Part shown: piece by piece, positions 63,701 through 64,000 of the stretch | Numbering within the stretch: position 1 is the stretch's first letter | Layout: every line of letters starts with the position of its first letter | DNA from: Camelus dromedarius | Taxonomy: Eukaryota | Length of the DNA stretch: 64,000 bases | Reading direction: 5' to 3' | NCBI RefSeq assembly: GCF_036321535.1 | Contig: NC_087437.1 | Location: forward strand, 38,008,001-38,072,000 | Position numbers and translations under genes: made by a program | Notes under the pieces: model-generated | Databases searched by the model: none | The model's input: the letters and a program-made list of their open reading frames with translations, nothing else | Told to the model about the DNA's origin: nothing

Positions 63701-64000
63701 ACTTAAAAATACTTTGTTAAGTAACTTATTGGTGTCATGATATCAAAACAGGAAATAATCAAAGGGACTTGTGTCATATAATTTATTTCTGGCAAAAAAA
63801 AATGAGTTAGGAAACATTAACCAGTTCAGATGGGTCTCTGAATAAATGAATTCTCACCAAAAAGACAGAAGCACATTAATTGCCTCAATTTTGCAGTTTA
63901 CCTTTATTTATTTGAAAGTGTGCTTGATTAATGTTGAGCCAGGAAATTAAACAATTGTGCATTTTTGGGAGGAAGCCAAGTTTAATCTTAGATAAGAATA

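Noticed and set aside
1..64000. The short ORFs in the six-frame track as protein-coding genes
   Set aside because: Apart from the PMM2 remnants they are 60-146 aa, often start at GTG/TTG, overlap repeats or low-complexity DNA, and resemble no protein I recognise.
1..64000. Prokaryote-style systems (operons, CRISPR arrays, defence islands)
   Set aside because: The DNA is mammalian and repeat-rich with very low coding density, and I found no regularly spaced repeat-spacer array.

Overview
This is AT-rich, CpG-depleted mammalian nuclear DNA, most likely from a camelid. That call rests on a vic-1-type tRNA-derived SINE and a young artiodactyl-type L1 3' end, with no Alu, Bov-A/BovB, PRE or CAN SINEs recognised. 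It reads as a gene desert or very large intron, and I recognise no intact protein-coding gene. The only protein-related feature is a full-length, intronless, disabled PMM2 processed pseudogene (~5714-8160). It keeps its 3'UTR, poly(A) remnant and a degenerate target-site duplication (TSD), and sits inside an old L1. The rest is the usual eutherian repeat landscape (L1, L2, MIR, MaLR/ERV solo LTRs, hAT and Tigger MITEs, microsatellites) plus several repeat-free blocks that may be conserved enhancers. Two short non-canonical retroposition products stand out, each bounded by a perfect TSD. One is a chimera of an antisense 40-nt 5S rRNA 5' fragment (with apparent rDNA upstream flank) and an A-tailed unknown sequence (32367-32547). 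The other is a ~98-bp tailless insert consisting only of an L1 5' terminus with its YY1 motif (12301-12426). Repeat family names come from my recall of consensus sequences, not from a search. I see no evidence for a novel multi-gene system.
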